This document shows positions 44,406-55,400 of a stretch of 64,000 nucleotides of DNA, piece by piece; the first letter of the stretch is position 1, and each line of letters starts with the position of its first letter. A program made the position numbers and the translations under genes. This stretch comes from a virus. The DNA lies in IMG/VR virus record IMGVR_UViG_3300006104_000013, positions 1 to 64,000 of that record. One strand, given 5' to 3'. Below the pieces are notes generated by a model. The model had not been told where the DNA came from, did no database searches, and saw nothing but the letters and a program-made list of their open reading frames with translations.

Positions 44406-47400
44406 ATGGGAAAAGGCGGCGGCAGCGGTGGCGGCACAAACACGGTATCTCAATCGGCTCCGCCGACAGCGGTCCTTAACGCATACCAATCGATTAATAA
44501 TCAGGCCCAGGCCCAAGCGTCTGCTCCGCTGAATCAGTATGCCGGAGCGACGATCGCCGGGTTCACCCCGCAGCAAATGCAGGGGTATCAGACCACACAG
44601 CAAGATCAGGGCGTCCAAAACCCCTATATCAACGCGGCTGCCCAGCTTTATGGCGACGTCGGCAACCAGATCAATGTACCCCAGTTCAGTGGGTATCAGG
44701 TCGGCCAGTATATGAGTCCGTACACCCAGAGCGTGGTGAATGCGACCGGTCAGCAGTTCGCAAATCAGAACGCCCAGCAAGATCAACAATTGCTCGGAAG
44801 CACGATTCAGCAAGGAGCCTTTGGTGGGGACCGCGAAGCGATCGCTCGGGCGGCACTGGCCGGACAGCAGCAGGTATCGCAGGCCCCGACGATTGCCGGA
44901 CTCTACAATACCGGCTATGGCCAAGCCCTGAACGAGTTCAATAACCAGCAGAACGTCAACGTCAACGCCCAGACGACGGGTGATTGGCTGGCGTCGAACG
45001 CCGCCGCCGGACTCTCTGGGCTTGGCAGCGCCGCCGCGAATGGGCTCTCCACTCAGGCCGGAGCCCAGACTGCGGCCGGGGCACAGCAGCAGCAACTGAG
45101 CCAGGAACAACTCAACGTCCCATATCAGAACTTCGAGCAGGCCCAGGCATTCCCCTATCAACAGATCGGCTGGAATTCCAACATCGCCGAGTCGATGGGG
45201 GCTGGATCTGGCGGGACATCGACGACGTCGCAGCCGGGAGCATCTCTTGGTGCGACGATCGGCGCGTCAGCGATCGGTCTAGGCGGCATTGCCGGAGCCA
45301 CTGGCGGCTTTGGTAACGGTGGCTGGCTCTATGATAACGGATCGAGTGCTGGCGGGCTATTGAATAGCGCAGGATCATCGATCGGCCAGGGATTGAGCAA
45401 TATCGGCCTTGCAAAAGGTGGCGGGATTAAAGAATACCATGGGTTTGGCGGGATGGCGGCGAGCGGCATCCCTGGCACCGGAAACGGCGACACGTCTGGA
45501 TTCCTGGCTGATGGTGGTCGAGTCGGGCTGGCTGGTGGCGGCACAATGATGGCTGGCATGACCGGGCTCGGCAATATGAAGCAATACGGGACAAGCATGT
45601 CCACGAGTACCGGTCCTGGTCCAAGTGCAGGAGTCCAGCTCCAAAAGGCTGCCGGTGATATCGGGTCCATTAGAAATGCGTATGGTTTGGCCAATTCAAT
45701 CTATCAAGGGGCAATCTCGAACCAGCTCGGACTTGACGCTGCCGGGAACGCCGTCGGTGCTGGATCTGCATGGACTGGAAGCACTGCTGGTTTGGGTGGG
45801 GCCAATATCGGCGAAGGCGTTGGACAGCTATCATCTGGGTTCACCAACATTGGTAGCTTCGGCGGGTCAGCGAGTGGCGTTGGAACCGCTGCCGAAGCGG
45901 CTGGAACTGCCGCAGAAACAGCCGGGACTGCGGCTGAAGCCGGAACAGCAGCGTCATCCATGGCTGGTGGTGCTGGAACTGTAAGCGAAGGGTTGGGTGA
46001 GTTCATCCCCCTTATTTTTGCGAAGGATGGCGGCCGGATTGGGCTGGCTGGTGGTGGATTGCCGACAACGCAGGGAACGACCGAGGACGGAGTGCCACAA
46101 GGTGGAACGGATGCAATCTCGCCGTTCATTCCGAACAACAGCAACCCGTTCACCATCGTTGGGAAAAGCGCCTATGCCCCCCACGTCGGTGGCCACGGGG
46201 TCGGGATTCCTGCCCCACCGGCACCTACGCATCAAGACCCCATCAAGCAGGCAGTTGAAATGGCCAGCTCACTTGGGAAGGCGATCGGAAGCCAGAAAAA
46301 TACTGGCGACGGCAAGCCGACTCCGGGAACACCGTGGAGCGGCAGCACAGCGAGTCTGACTGGGCAAAACACTGGCGATGGTGTCGCCCCTGGGTATGGC
46401 TCTCCCATGGGGGCACCGGGGCAGTCTCAGTTTACGAGCCCGGATCAACCGGCCCAGGGAGTTTCCCAAAATGCAGCCCCGGCGAACATGTCCAATGGAT
46501 TTACGGGGCCGAGCACTCTCCCCGCCATTCCTGGCGTGAGCCAGACCTATAAAGAAGGCGGCCGGGTCGGACTCGCCAATGGCGGAAGCAACGCAGGCGT
46601 CAGCCAGGGGTGGAATGCCGGACAGGCACAAGGCGTTCAGACGCATGCTCCAGTGCAGCAGCAATATAGCGGATACCATCCCAGCATGGGATTCGGCGGT
46701 TGGGGAATGCCGCAATCTCAGCGGGGATACCAAATGCCGCAAGGCTATATGGGGTATCAAGCCCCAGCAGTTGGCGCGTCACCGTGGCTCTCTGGCTCTC
46801 TGGTGAACCAACGCGGAATCGCCATTCCGCAGCTTGAGACTGGTGGATATGGACCTCAAGGGCAGAACCTGTATGGGTATGCGGCTCCGTCTAGGGCGAA
46901 TTTGAATTCGTCTATGATGCAGAATTATGCAGCACCGAACACGGGAACTCTTCCGTATTACTCGACATCGTATGGTGTGCTGACCCCAGCATCGATCCAC
47001 AATGGCGTTAGCCAGTACGCCTACAGCGCCCCGACAACAACATTGGTTGGCAAAGGGCAAAATGCCATTCCGCAACAGCCGATGAATGCAACGCCTTTTG
47101 GTGCTCCTGATGGGTCTACTGTCGGTCAGATTTCGCAGGCTGATATTTTTCGCGCCGAATTGAATGGAACAAGCGGTAACGCGAACCCGCTCGTCTATCA
47201 AAACGGAAATCCGATTGGTTGGCTCAACGGATCGAATTACCAGAAGGGCAACCCTGGGCTTCAGGCGGACACGTCGCAATCCTCGTCTCCTGGCGGAAAG
47301 CTTTCTACCGGAGGCGCTGTTACGCCCTATGAGAAAATCCGTAAGAACCGTGATACCGGAGGCTCGACCAATGCCGAACCGACTCCAGAACAACAGGTAA

Positions 47401-49439
47401 CGGCAGGTCTTCAGAATGCCGGAGTCAAAGACGGCGACTCTCCGATGGTCCAAAATTACATGGACCAGTATAAGCAGATGCCGCTGAACCAGCTTTTGCA
47501 GATGGCCCAGCGCGTTCCCGCCGGGTCGGCGCAAGGGGCAATGATCCAGCAAGCTATTCTGATGCAGAAAATGAGGCCACAGCAGGCCCCGCAACCAGTT
47601 CAGCCCGGCCTTGCCGCAGCCATGGGGCCGCAAGCGCAGCAGCTCCGCACTGGTGGCCGCGCTGGATTCGCTCCGGGTGGACTGACAAAGCTTCCGTCGA
47701 GTGACGCCGTAGCTGATCTTGGAACTTTGCCGACGAGCGATCTGGTCGCTAATGGGCAACAGGATCAGACTGTTCAACCGTCGCCGCAGCCATTTGTGCC
47801 AGCAACCGCCGATATGGCCGCCGGGTTATCCCGTCCGACTGTTGATTCCACAGAAAAAGCCGCCAAAGCCGCTCTTGTTGACCCTCGTGTCAACAAGGAA
47901 AAGGCTATTGCAACTGGAATTGCCCTAGGTTCTGCGAAGGAAGCTCAAGCTGAACAAGACGCCAAAGCGCCCTTGACGCCGAAGCCGTCAGCCCCGGTAA
48001 ATCCAAATCAAACGGTATGGGATGCTCTCGGCCTTCCGAAGATCGGGACTGACGAACCGGAGAGCACTGCGAGCAAGGCGATGGCTAATCCCCCTGTGCA
48101 GCCGCCATCCCCTCCTGCTAAATCTGGTCTTGGAGCGCCGCAGCAAACGTCGGCGGAATATGACCCCATGGCTGAAGACCGGGCGCGCGGGGTATATAAG
48201 ATGCAAGATCCGGCCATCGATCGTATTGGGCATTTCCTGAAGGATTCATTGGGGCGCATTTATGGCGTTCCTGGTGCATCACCAGAATCTTCACCGACTC
48301 CGAGCCAGAAGGCATTGGCGCAAACAGCCCCAGTGCCTGCATCGACTGCTCCTGCGCCTAAAGCAGATTCACAACCGGCCCCAGCACCTCAACCTGGGCT
48401 CGGCCAAAAGGTTGACCCGACTCATTTGACGTTGGCGAATGGCCCAGCTTCGGCTACGGCCAAGAAAGATGTCTCTGGACTTAAGAAAGCTTCGCCGCAA
48501 GAAGTGGCAAAAGTGAACGCTGTCGATGCCGACAAGGTAAAGGTGGAGTCATCTCCGACCACATCGACGTCAACGCCGCCGCCGATCCATCCGCTTGACT
48601 ATACACCCGACAACCACACCGTTAACGCTAAGGACATGTACGACAAGTATGGATCAAACGATCCTTTGTGGAGCGGGTTGCTGTCAGCCGCCGCCGCGAT
48701 GGCCAACACCCATGGCGGAAGCCTACCTGCTGCAATTGGCCAGGGGGCTGTCTCCGGACTGGGTGCGTACAATAACCAGATGGCGGCCTATGCCCAGCAG
48801 GCCAAGGATGCGAACGACGCGACGGATAAGAAGAACCAAACCGCGTTGCGCGTGGCTGAAGCCAACCAAAAAACAGATATCGATAATACGACCGCAGCCC
48901 AACAGCAGCAGCGGATCGATATCGAAAAGGCAACACAAATCGAAACGGCGAAGAAGAACGCCGCCGAAATGAACAAACCTCAGATCGTCAATGTTGGGCA
49001 AGGTCTCGCCTTGGTAGTTCATCCAGATGGAACGTCTCAGACAGTGCGAGCTCAAGGATACGATACCAGCTTGGATAAAAGTGGAGGCAAAGATGCAACA
49101 ACAGCCCTGATTACGACGGCGAACTACCTGAAGGCAGCCGATCAGAACTCAGGAAAGCCAATGAAATCAGACGATGAATATCTCCAGAGAGCCGCCATTC
49201 TCCAAGGGCATAAGCAGCCAGCTCCAGGCATGACGCTTGCTCAGGCGAACACGGCCGCTCAGAAGGAAATTGATTCCGGTCTCGCGGTTAGCCCCGATGG
49301 AAAAGCTTTAAAAGGAGCTGATAGACTCGCGTGGAAAAAGAACAGAGTCGCTGAATTGACCGCATCGTCCTCGCCAGTTTCAACTCCGTCTGGTACAAAC
49401 CAACCGACAAAGACCATCAGCTTCAGCGATTGGAAATAG
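44406..49439 (+). CDS. DNA ejection / internal virion protein
   Basis: MGKGGGSGG start, YMSPY...V, GAFGG.R, QQ.L...Y.NF....FP; Gln/Gly-rich. Confidence 0.8.
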   Translation: MGKGGGSGGGTNTVSQSAPPTAVLNAYQSINNQAQAQASAPLNQYAGATIAGFTPQQMQGYQTTQQDQGVQNPYINAAAQLYGDVGNQINVPQFSGYQVGQYMSPYTQSVVNATGQQFANQNAQQDQQLLGSTIQQGAFGGDREAIARAALAGQQQVSQAPTIAGLYNTGYGQALNEFNNQQNVNVNAQTTGDWLASNAAAGLSGLGSAAANGLSTQAGAQTAAGAQQQQLSQEQLNVPYQNFEQAQAFPYQQIGWNSNIAESMGAGSGGTSTTSQPGASLGATIGASAIGLGGIAGATGGFGNGGWLYDNGSSAGGLLNSAGSSIGQGLSNIGLAKGGGIKEYHGFGGMAASGIPGTGNGDTSGFLADGGRVGLAGGGTMMAGMTGLGNMKQYGTSMSTSTGPGPSAGVQLQKAAGDIGSIRNAYGLANSIYQGAISNQLGLDAAGNAVGAGSAWTGSTAGLGGANIGEGVGQLSSGFTNIGSFGGSASGVGTAAEAAGTAAETAGTAAEAGTAASSMAGGAGTVSEGLGEFIPLIFAKDGGRIGLAGGGLPTTQGTTEDGVPQGGTDAISPFIPNNSNPFTIVGKSAYAPHVGGHGVGIPAPPAPTHQDPIKQAVEMASSLGKAIGSQKNTGDGKPTPGTPWSGSTASLTGQNTGDGVAPGYGSPMGAPGQSQFTSPDQPAQGVSQNAAPANMSNGFTGPSTLPAIPGVSQTYKEGGRVGLANGGSNAGVSQGWNAGQAQGVQTHAPVQQQYSGYHPSMGFGGWGMPQSQRGYQMPQGYMGYQAPAVGASPWLSGSLVNQRGIAIPQLETGGYGPQGQNLYGYAAPSRANLNSSMMQNYAAPNTGTLPYYSTSYGVLTPASIHNGVSQYAYSAPTTTLVGKGQNAIPQQPMNATPFGAPDGSTVGQISQADIFRAELNGTSGNANPLVYQNGNPIGWLNGSNYQKGNPGLQADTSQSSSPGGKLSTGGAVTPYEKIRKNRDTGGSTNAEPTPEQQVTAGLQNAGVKDGDSPMVQNYMDQYKQMPLNQLLQMAQRVPAGSAQGAMIQQAILMQKMRPQQAPQPVQPGLAAAMGPQAQQLRTGGRAGFAPGGLTKLPSSDAVADLGTLPTSDLVANGQQDQTVQPSPQPFVPATADMAAGLSRPTVDSTEKAAKAALVDPRVNKEKAIATGIALGSAKEAQAEQDAKAPLTPKPSAPVNPNQTVWDALGLPKIGTDEPESTASKAMANPPVQPPSPPAKSGLGAPQQTSAEYDPMAEDRARGVYKMQDPAIDRIGHFLKDSLGRIYGVPGASPESSPTPSQKALAQTAPVPASTAPAPKADSQPAPAPQPGLGQKVDPTHLTLANGPASATAKKDVSGLKKASPQEVAKVNAVDADKVKVESSPTTSTSTPPPIHPLDYTPDNHTVNAKDMYDKYGSNDPLWSGLLSAAAAMANTHGGSLPAAIGQGAVSGLGAYNNQMAAYAQQAKDANDATDKKNQTALRVAEANQKTDIDNTTAAQQQQRIDIEKATQIETAKKNAAEMNKPQIVNVGQGLALVVHPDGTSQTVRAQGYDTSLDKSGGKDATTALITTANYLKAADQNSGKPMKSDDEYLQRAAILQGHKQPAPGMTLAQANTAAQKEIDSGLAVSPDGKALKGADRLAWKKNRVAELTASSSPVSTPSGTNQPTKTISFSDWK

Positions 49440-49441
49440 AC

Positions 49442-52400
49442 ATGGATGTCACAATGCCGGACGGTACTGTTGTTAACAACGTGCCTGATGATATGAGTAA
49501 ATCCGACTTTGTCGCTAAAGCTAAAGCAAATGGGGCATGGAATCCTTCCTGGGATGCCCCGCAGAAATCGCAGAATCCAGGCAGTGATGATCAGCCGGGA
49601 ATCCTCGAATCTGGCCTCAAAGGATTTGCCAAGGGCGTTATCGGATCGGCCAAGAGTCTGAAGACGACGGCTGTCGGTGACGCCCTGCATCCTGAGAATG
49701 ACGCCCCAGAGGGTGAGCCGGACTCTGTCGATAAGTTGATGGCCGATCCTAACTGGTGGCACCATGGCGCTGGCTGGGCGGCAAAGATCGGCGCTGGCCT
49801 CGGCGGCGTTGCTCCCGGCATGGGTGCAGCAGCACTTGCCTCCGCCCCGTTCGGCGGACCAGAAGACCCTCTCGGCGCGGCCGCTGGTACGGCGGCATGG
49901 GCCGGTGTTTCGGCTATGCAGGAATTGCCTGAAGCGTATCGGAGGAACCTCAAGAACGGGGATGACGCTGAAACGGCCTATAACAAGGCATGGAAGGACT
50001 CTGGGATCGCTGCGGCCACGGGCGCACTGATGAATATCGTTCCTGGCATGAAGGCATTTAAAGGCGCGGCAGATGCGACCGGAAAAATCTCTGCCGACGA
50101 AGCGGCAAAAGCCTATCTGAAAAATCTGGTGTTCCATACCTTTGGAACCGGCCCGGCCATGGGCGCGGCCCAAGACATTGCCCAAAGCGAGGTCGATACC
50201 GGAAAGGCCCCCGATGCCCAGGATCTGGCGCTGAATGCTGCTGTCATGGGTCTTACCGGCGGCGTTCAGGCGGCCATTCATCATGGTGTCGCCAAGGTGT
50301 TGCCTCAAAAAGCGGCAACAGAAGGGACCCCCAACAAGGAAGTCCCGCCACCTGCCACGACCGGTCACTATGTTGAACCGACTGTCACCGGTGGATTCCA
50401 GGTTTTTGGTCCGGACCAGCAGCCGGTTGCAAATGGATTGCACAAAACTGAAGACCTTGCAGCAGCCCATGCGAACAGCCTGAACGCGGCCGCCACAGAA
50501 CCGGCCAATACACCAGTCGATCAAGCGGCAGCAGTCCAGCGGCAGGGGGATCAACAGCTCGAAGGGGCTTTGGCGCAAGAGACGGGGGACGAGCTTCCTC
50601 CCGACGTGCCGCCTGCCGTCCCAAATGGGCCGTCCCTTTCCGGTCTGAACAAGCCGAAAGAACCAACCGCAACAGGTGGTGACGAACAACAAACCGTCAG
50701 CGAGCCCAATGCGACTCTCTTGCACCAGCAAAAGCAGTTGCAGGACGGACTCCGCCCAGCCCAGTATTTCCCGAACGAAACGACTCCTCTACCTCTTCCA
50801 GATGGCATGCAGGAAGTAAAGACGGATCGCGGTGTATTCCATATCAACCCGAAGCTGACATCAGAGGAAGAAGTCCATCAGAAAGCGGCGGAAGGTCGAA
50901 TCGGTGATCTGCTGAACCTCGGTCCCTACAATAAAGATGACATCAACAATCGTGTTGCCACCGGTGAGCAGCCGGTAGCCGTGACCGAACGTACGCCGGA
51001 TGGGACCGAAGTCCGTGCCGCGCATGGAACGGGTCAGACGGCAGCCGAGCAGGCAGCTTATTTTGAACAGACCAAAACCCCTGGAAACACGATTGCCGTA
51101 GAACATCCGCTTGAAACGGTTGCGAAGCGCATCGAAAACGCCCAGGCAGCCCCCCCTGCCGAAAGCGAGTCGCCTCAGACCCCCGCCGCCCCCTCGGTGG
51201 AGTCTGGGGCGACGCCCCCCATTGACGAAAAGACTCCGGGAACGCGCAAAAACCCGATCGACGTCAAGACGGCAGAAGATCTTCGCGCCGCAGAGGAAAA
51301 CATTGATCACGAGCCGACTCCGGCTCAGAAAACGGCGTCGAATTACGAGCACGGCCATATCCGCCTGCATGGACTCGATATTGGCCTAGAAAATGGTAAG
51401 GGCAGCAAGCGCACTGGCATCGGCGAAGATGGCCGCAAATGGACGGCGGCAATGAAGGCGGCCTATGGCTACGTCAAAGGGACCATCGGCAAGGACAAGG
51501 ACCATGTGGATGCTTTTATCGGCGACCATGTGGAGTCCGACAAGGCGTTCATCATCGATCAAAAGAACTTGGCCACCGGTGAATTCGACGAGCACAAGGT
51601 CGTCCTTGGCGCACGGGATGAAGCGGAGGCCCACAAAATCTATGATGGGAGCTTTTCGGACGAGGAAGGTCCAGCCCGGCGCATGGCCACGACCGAAGTT
51701 CCCATCCATGATCTGAAAGAGTGGCTGGCCAATAAGTCGAAAACTCAGGAAGAAGCCGCTCCGCACTTCGCAGAAAAGGCCGAGATCGAGGCCGCAAAGG
51801 AAAAACTGAAGGCGGCGATATCTCGACATCCGGCTTCGACGATCTTTAAAATTAAGGATGCGATCGCCGCTACAGGTCTCGATTCGGCGACAGCTCGATC
51901 CTTGCTGAAAGAGGTCGCCGAAGAGGCAGGACTGGAGAATAAAAGCGGGTCTTTCTTCACGTCAAAAGCCGGGGAAAAGTTGTCCGCCTTTTCCGCTGTT
52001 CCGAACCCACCGCGTCGTCTCAGCACTTGGATCAAATCCAAAGGCGGCATCAAAAATGAGGGGGAAGAGCTGACGAATGCCATTAGGCAGCGCCCAGGAC
52101 TTGTGAACAACAAGACTGGAATGACGCACGAAGATGCTGCTTTGGCGGCATGGCAGGCAGGATATTTCCCCGAACACGGCAGCCCCAAGGAAGACGGGAC
52201 TCCTCCAGATATTTCCGCCTTTCTCAAGCGCCTCGATGAAGACATCAGGGGAAATAAGCAGTTTTCCGAGCATGACACGGAAGAGCTTGAAGCGTTTAAC
52301 GATGCAATCTCCCGCAACGAGGAAATCTCAAAGCTTGCCGACGAGCATGATATTCCAACTAGCGGGTTAACACAGGCGGAGTTTTATGATAAGCTCCGTG

Positions 52401-55400
52401 AATCAATGTCGTTGCGGGATATGGCTCGTCTCCAAAAGGAACAAGAGGATTCGCATCTGGCGGCGATGGCCGAGGCTGAAGCTAGGCAGAAAGAATGGAT
52501 GGATCAACGGGGTGAAGCCTGGGAGCCCGATTGGGAGCCGAAGGGGCGACCCCGGACACTGAAGGATTTACAAGATGAGTATGAGCGAGAGGAGCTTGCT
52601 AGAAGGGCGTCTGAAGGCGAAGGCTCTCCTGACGCATCCGAGTCCGGAAGTTCGGACGCAAGCGAAGAAGGCGCTGGATCACGCGAACGTAGCTCTGGGG
52701 ATCAGGGCGGCAATGAAGACCTCCGAAACAAAAGCATCGGAGACGCCATCGGATTAACGTCTGAAGCGATTGCAGCAGCGGATAAAGCCGCCAAAGCAGA
52801 GGCAGACAAGGCATCAAAACTAGAGCAGCACAAGCTGGAGAAATCCCAGTCTAAACTGCGGAAGAGTGGGCAAAAGAGCGCAGAGTCGCAGAAGGACGGG
52901 TTGTTTGCAAAGGCTGCTGAAGGCGACCAAGGGGACCTCTTAAGCCAGCCGAAGCCAAAAGCGGAATGGGGAAGTGCCAATAAGCTCGTTTCTACAGAAC
53001 GTGCAGAAGCGATCCGAGAGGCTCTCCGAGCAAAGATGCGGTCCCAGATCAGCTCAGGTCTTGACCCAGAGACGATCATGCTTGGAACCGAACTTGCCGT
53101 CTATCATATCGAAGCCGGGGCTCGGTCATTTGCTGATTTTGCAGGACGGATGATCGCCGACTTAGGAGACAAGATCCGTCCGTTCTTAAAGATGTGGTAT
53201 AACGCTGCGCGGGATTATCCCGGCATGGATGACACAGGAATGACCCCCTATGAGGAGGTCAGGAAGTTTGATCATAATGGAGAGTTCAATGTACCAGACC
53301 TATCCGGAGATTTGGAACGAGATAGCGGAAACGCAGAAATTGGCGACTCCGTGGGCAAACCGGATGTTCAATCTAAAGGGGATAGAGCAACACAAGGCTC
53401 TGGACGCGGAGACGAACGAGCTGAAGAAGGAAGGGTACGGCCTGACAGTGATATCGGCATTTCACCAGATGGCACCGCTTCTGTGGGAGAGGGTGGCGAT
53501 AGCGAAGTTCAAGCAGAAGCATCCGGGGCTCGACAACGCGCTGCCGAACGTGGAGGACAGCCAGGAGGCTACGATGTTGGCGAGCATGGACCGGCCATTA
53601 TCCACATTGGAGCAGAGTCAGTTGGTAAAACTGCTGGAGACTCCCCGGAATTAGCCAAAAAGGAAGCGGCACAGGCCAAGGCCAATAAGCTTGAGGTAAA
53701 GCCAGGACTGAACAATATCAGGGAAACCCTCCCGTACCTGCTGCCTGGGCAACATGACGACATCCACAAGGCCGAACAGCGTTTCGCTAAACCAGACGGC
53801 CACGGTATGTTGTTCTCTAATGGCACCGGGACAGGTAAGACCTTTACTGGCGGTGGCATCATTGCTCGTTTCGTCCGTCAAGGAAAAGGCGACATCCTGA
53901 TTGTCGCCCCGTCGCAAGGCATTGTGGCTGATTGGCAAAAAGCCCTGGCGAAAATTGGCATTGAATCCTCCGTTCTTGAATCGACGACAACCGCTGGGAA
54001 AGGTGTTGTTCTGGCGACGTATGCCAATCTTGGGGAAAACCGTCATTTGGCCGATCGCAACTGGCATTTAGTTGTTGCTGATGAGTCCCAGAAATTGATG
54101 GCCAATGAAAACGGGGAGCCAACGGGAGCCCTAAATCATTTTCGTGCGATCACAAATCATCCAGATGGCCTTTCTACCAAGGCCAATATGCAATTGCGCG
54201 ACTTGAATGACCGTCTTGACGAAGTGACTGCAATAGCGCAGGGAAAGAAGCCACCGACTCCGGAAATGTCGCGGGAAAAAGCTTCCGAGCTAAGTTCTGA
54301 GTTGAATAGAGAACTTAACAAAAAACGTAACGACCTCATTGATAAGTTCAGCCAAGAACCGCGATCTAAAGCTGTCTTCCTTTCTGCCACGCCACTCCCT
54401 TACGTAAAAGCTATTGATTACGCAAATGGATACCTGTTCCACTATCCAAAGGTGGAAAAGACCGGAGCCTACAATCAGGCCGACGGACGAGGCCAGTTTC
54501 TGATGGAGAACTTCGGCTATCGGATGCGCACCGGAAAGTTGACCGAACCCGATTCCAATGTCGATTCAGGGATCATGGAACGCGCCTTCCATGAGAAGCT
54601 CAAACGCGAAGGGTCTCTCTCCACCCGCCGTTTGGACGTCGATGCGGATTACGATCGCAAATTCGTCCTCGTGAATGATGCCGTAGGCCATAAAATTGAC
54701 TCTTTGATGGAATTCCTACGGGAAGCCGATAACGGCAAGTTTAGGCATATCGCCGAGATCGTGAATGAGAACTTCGACTATCTGAGCAGAATGCGGCTGC
54801 TTGAGGCGATCAAAGCCAATCATTTCGTGCCAATCATAAAAAAACATATCGAGATGGGGCGCAAGGTCGTCGTCTTCCATGATTATAATGAGGGCGGCGG
54901 TATGAATCCGTTCGACCTATCGAATGTGCCTAATGCGGAAGTTCCGCTGCGGGTCAACGGTAAGGACGAAATGGTGAATTTGCAGGATTTGGCCAGAGAG
55001 TTCCATGATCGGAATCCGGAAGCCAAGAAGATGGACTTCTCGCAGTTTAAGGCTCCTATCGAGACAATGCGGGACGCATTTCCTGCTGCCCTCTTTTATA
55101 ACGGCAATGTCCCTGAAAAGGCCCGCGCTCAAGCTAAGATGTTGTTCAATCAAGATGGCAGCGGCCGAGACATCATCGTTGTCAATTCTGCCGCCGGTGA
55201 AGCCGGAATCAGCCTGCATGACACCACGGGCGCACATCAGCGTGTTCTGATCAATCTGGGGATGCCGATTAAGCCGACCACGGCCATTCAGGAAGAAGGC
55301 CGGATCTATCGCACCGGGCAGGTGACGGACGCTCTCTTCCGCTACGGAAACACTGGCACCAATTGGGAGCGGTGGACCTTTGCTGGGAAGATCGCCGACC

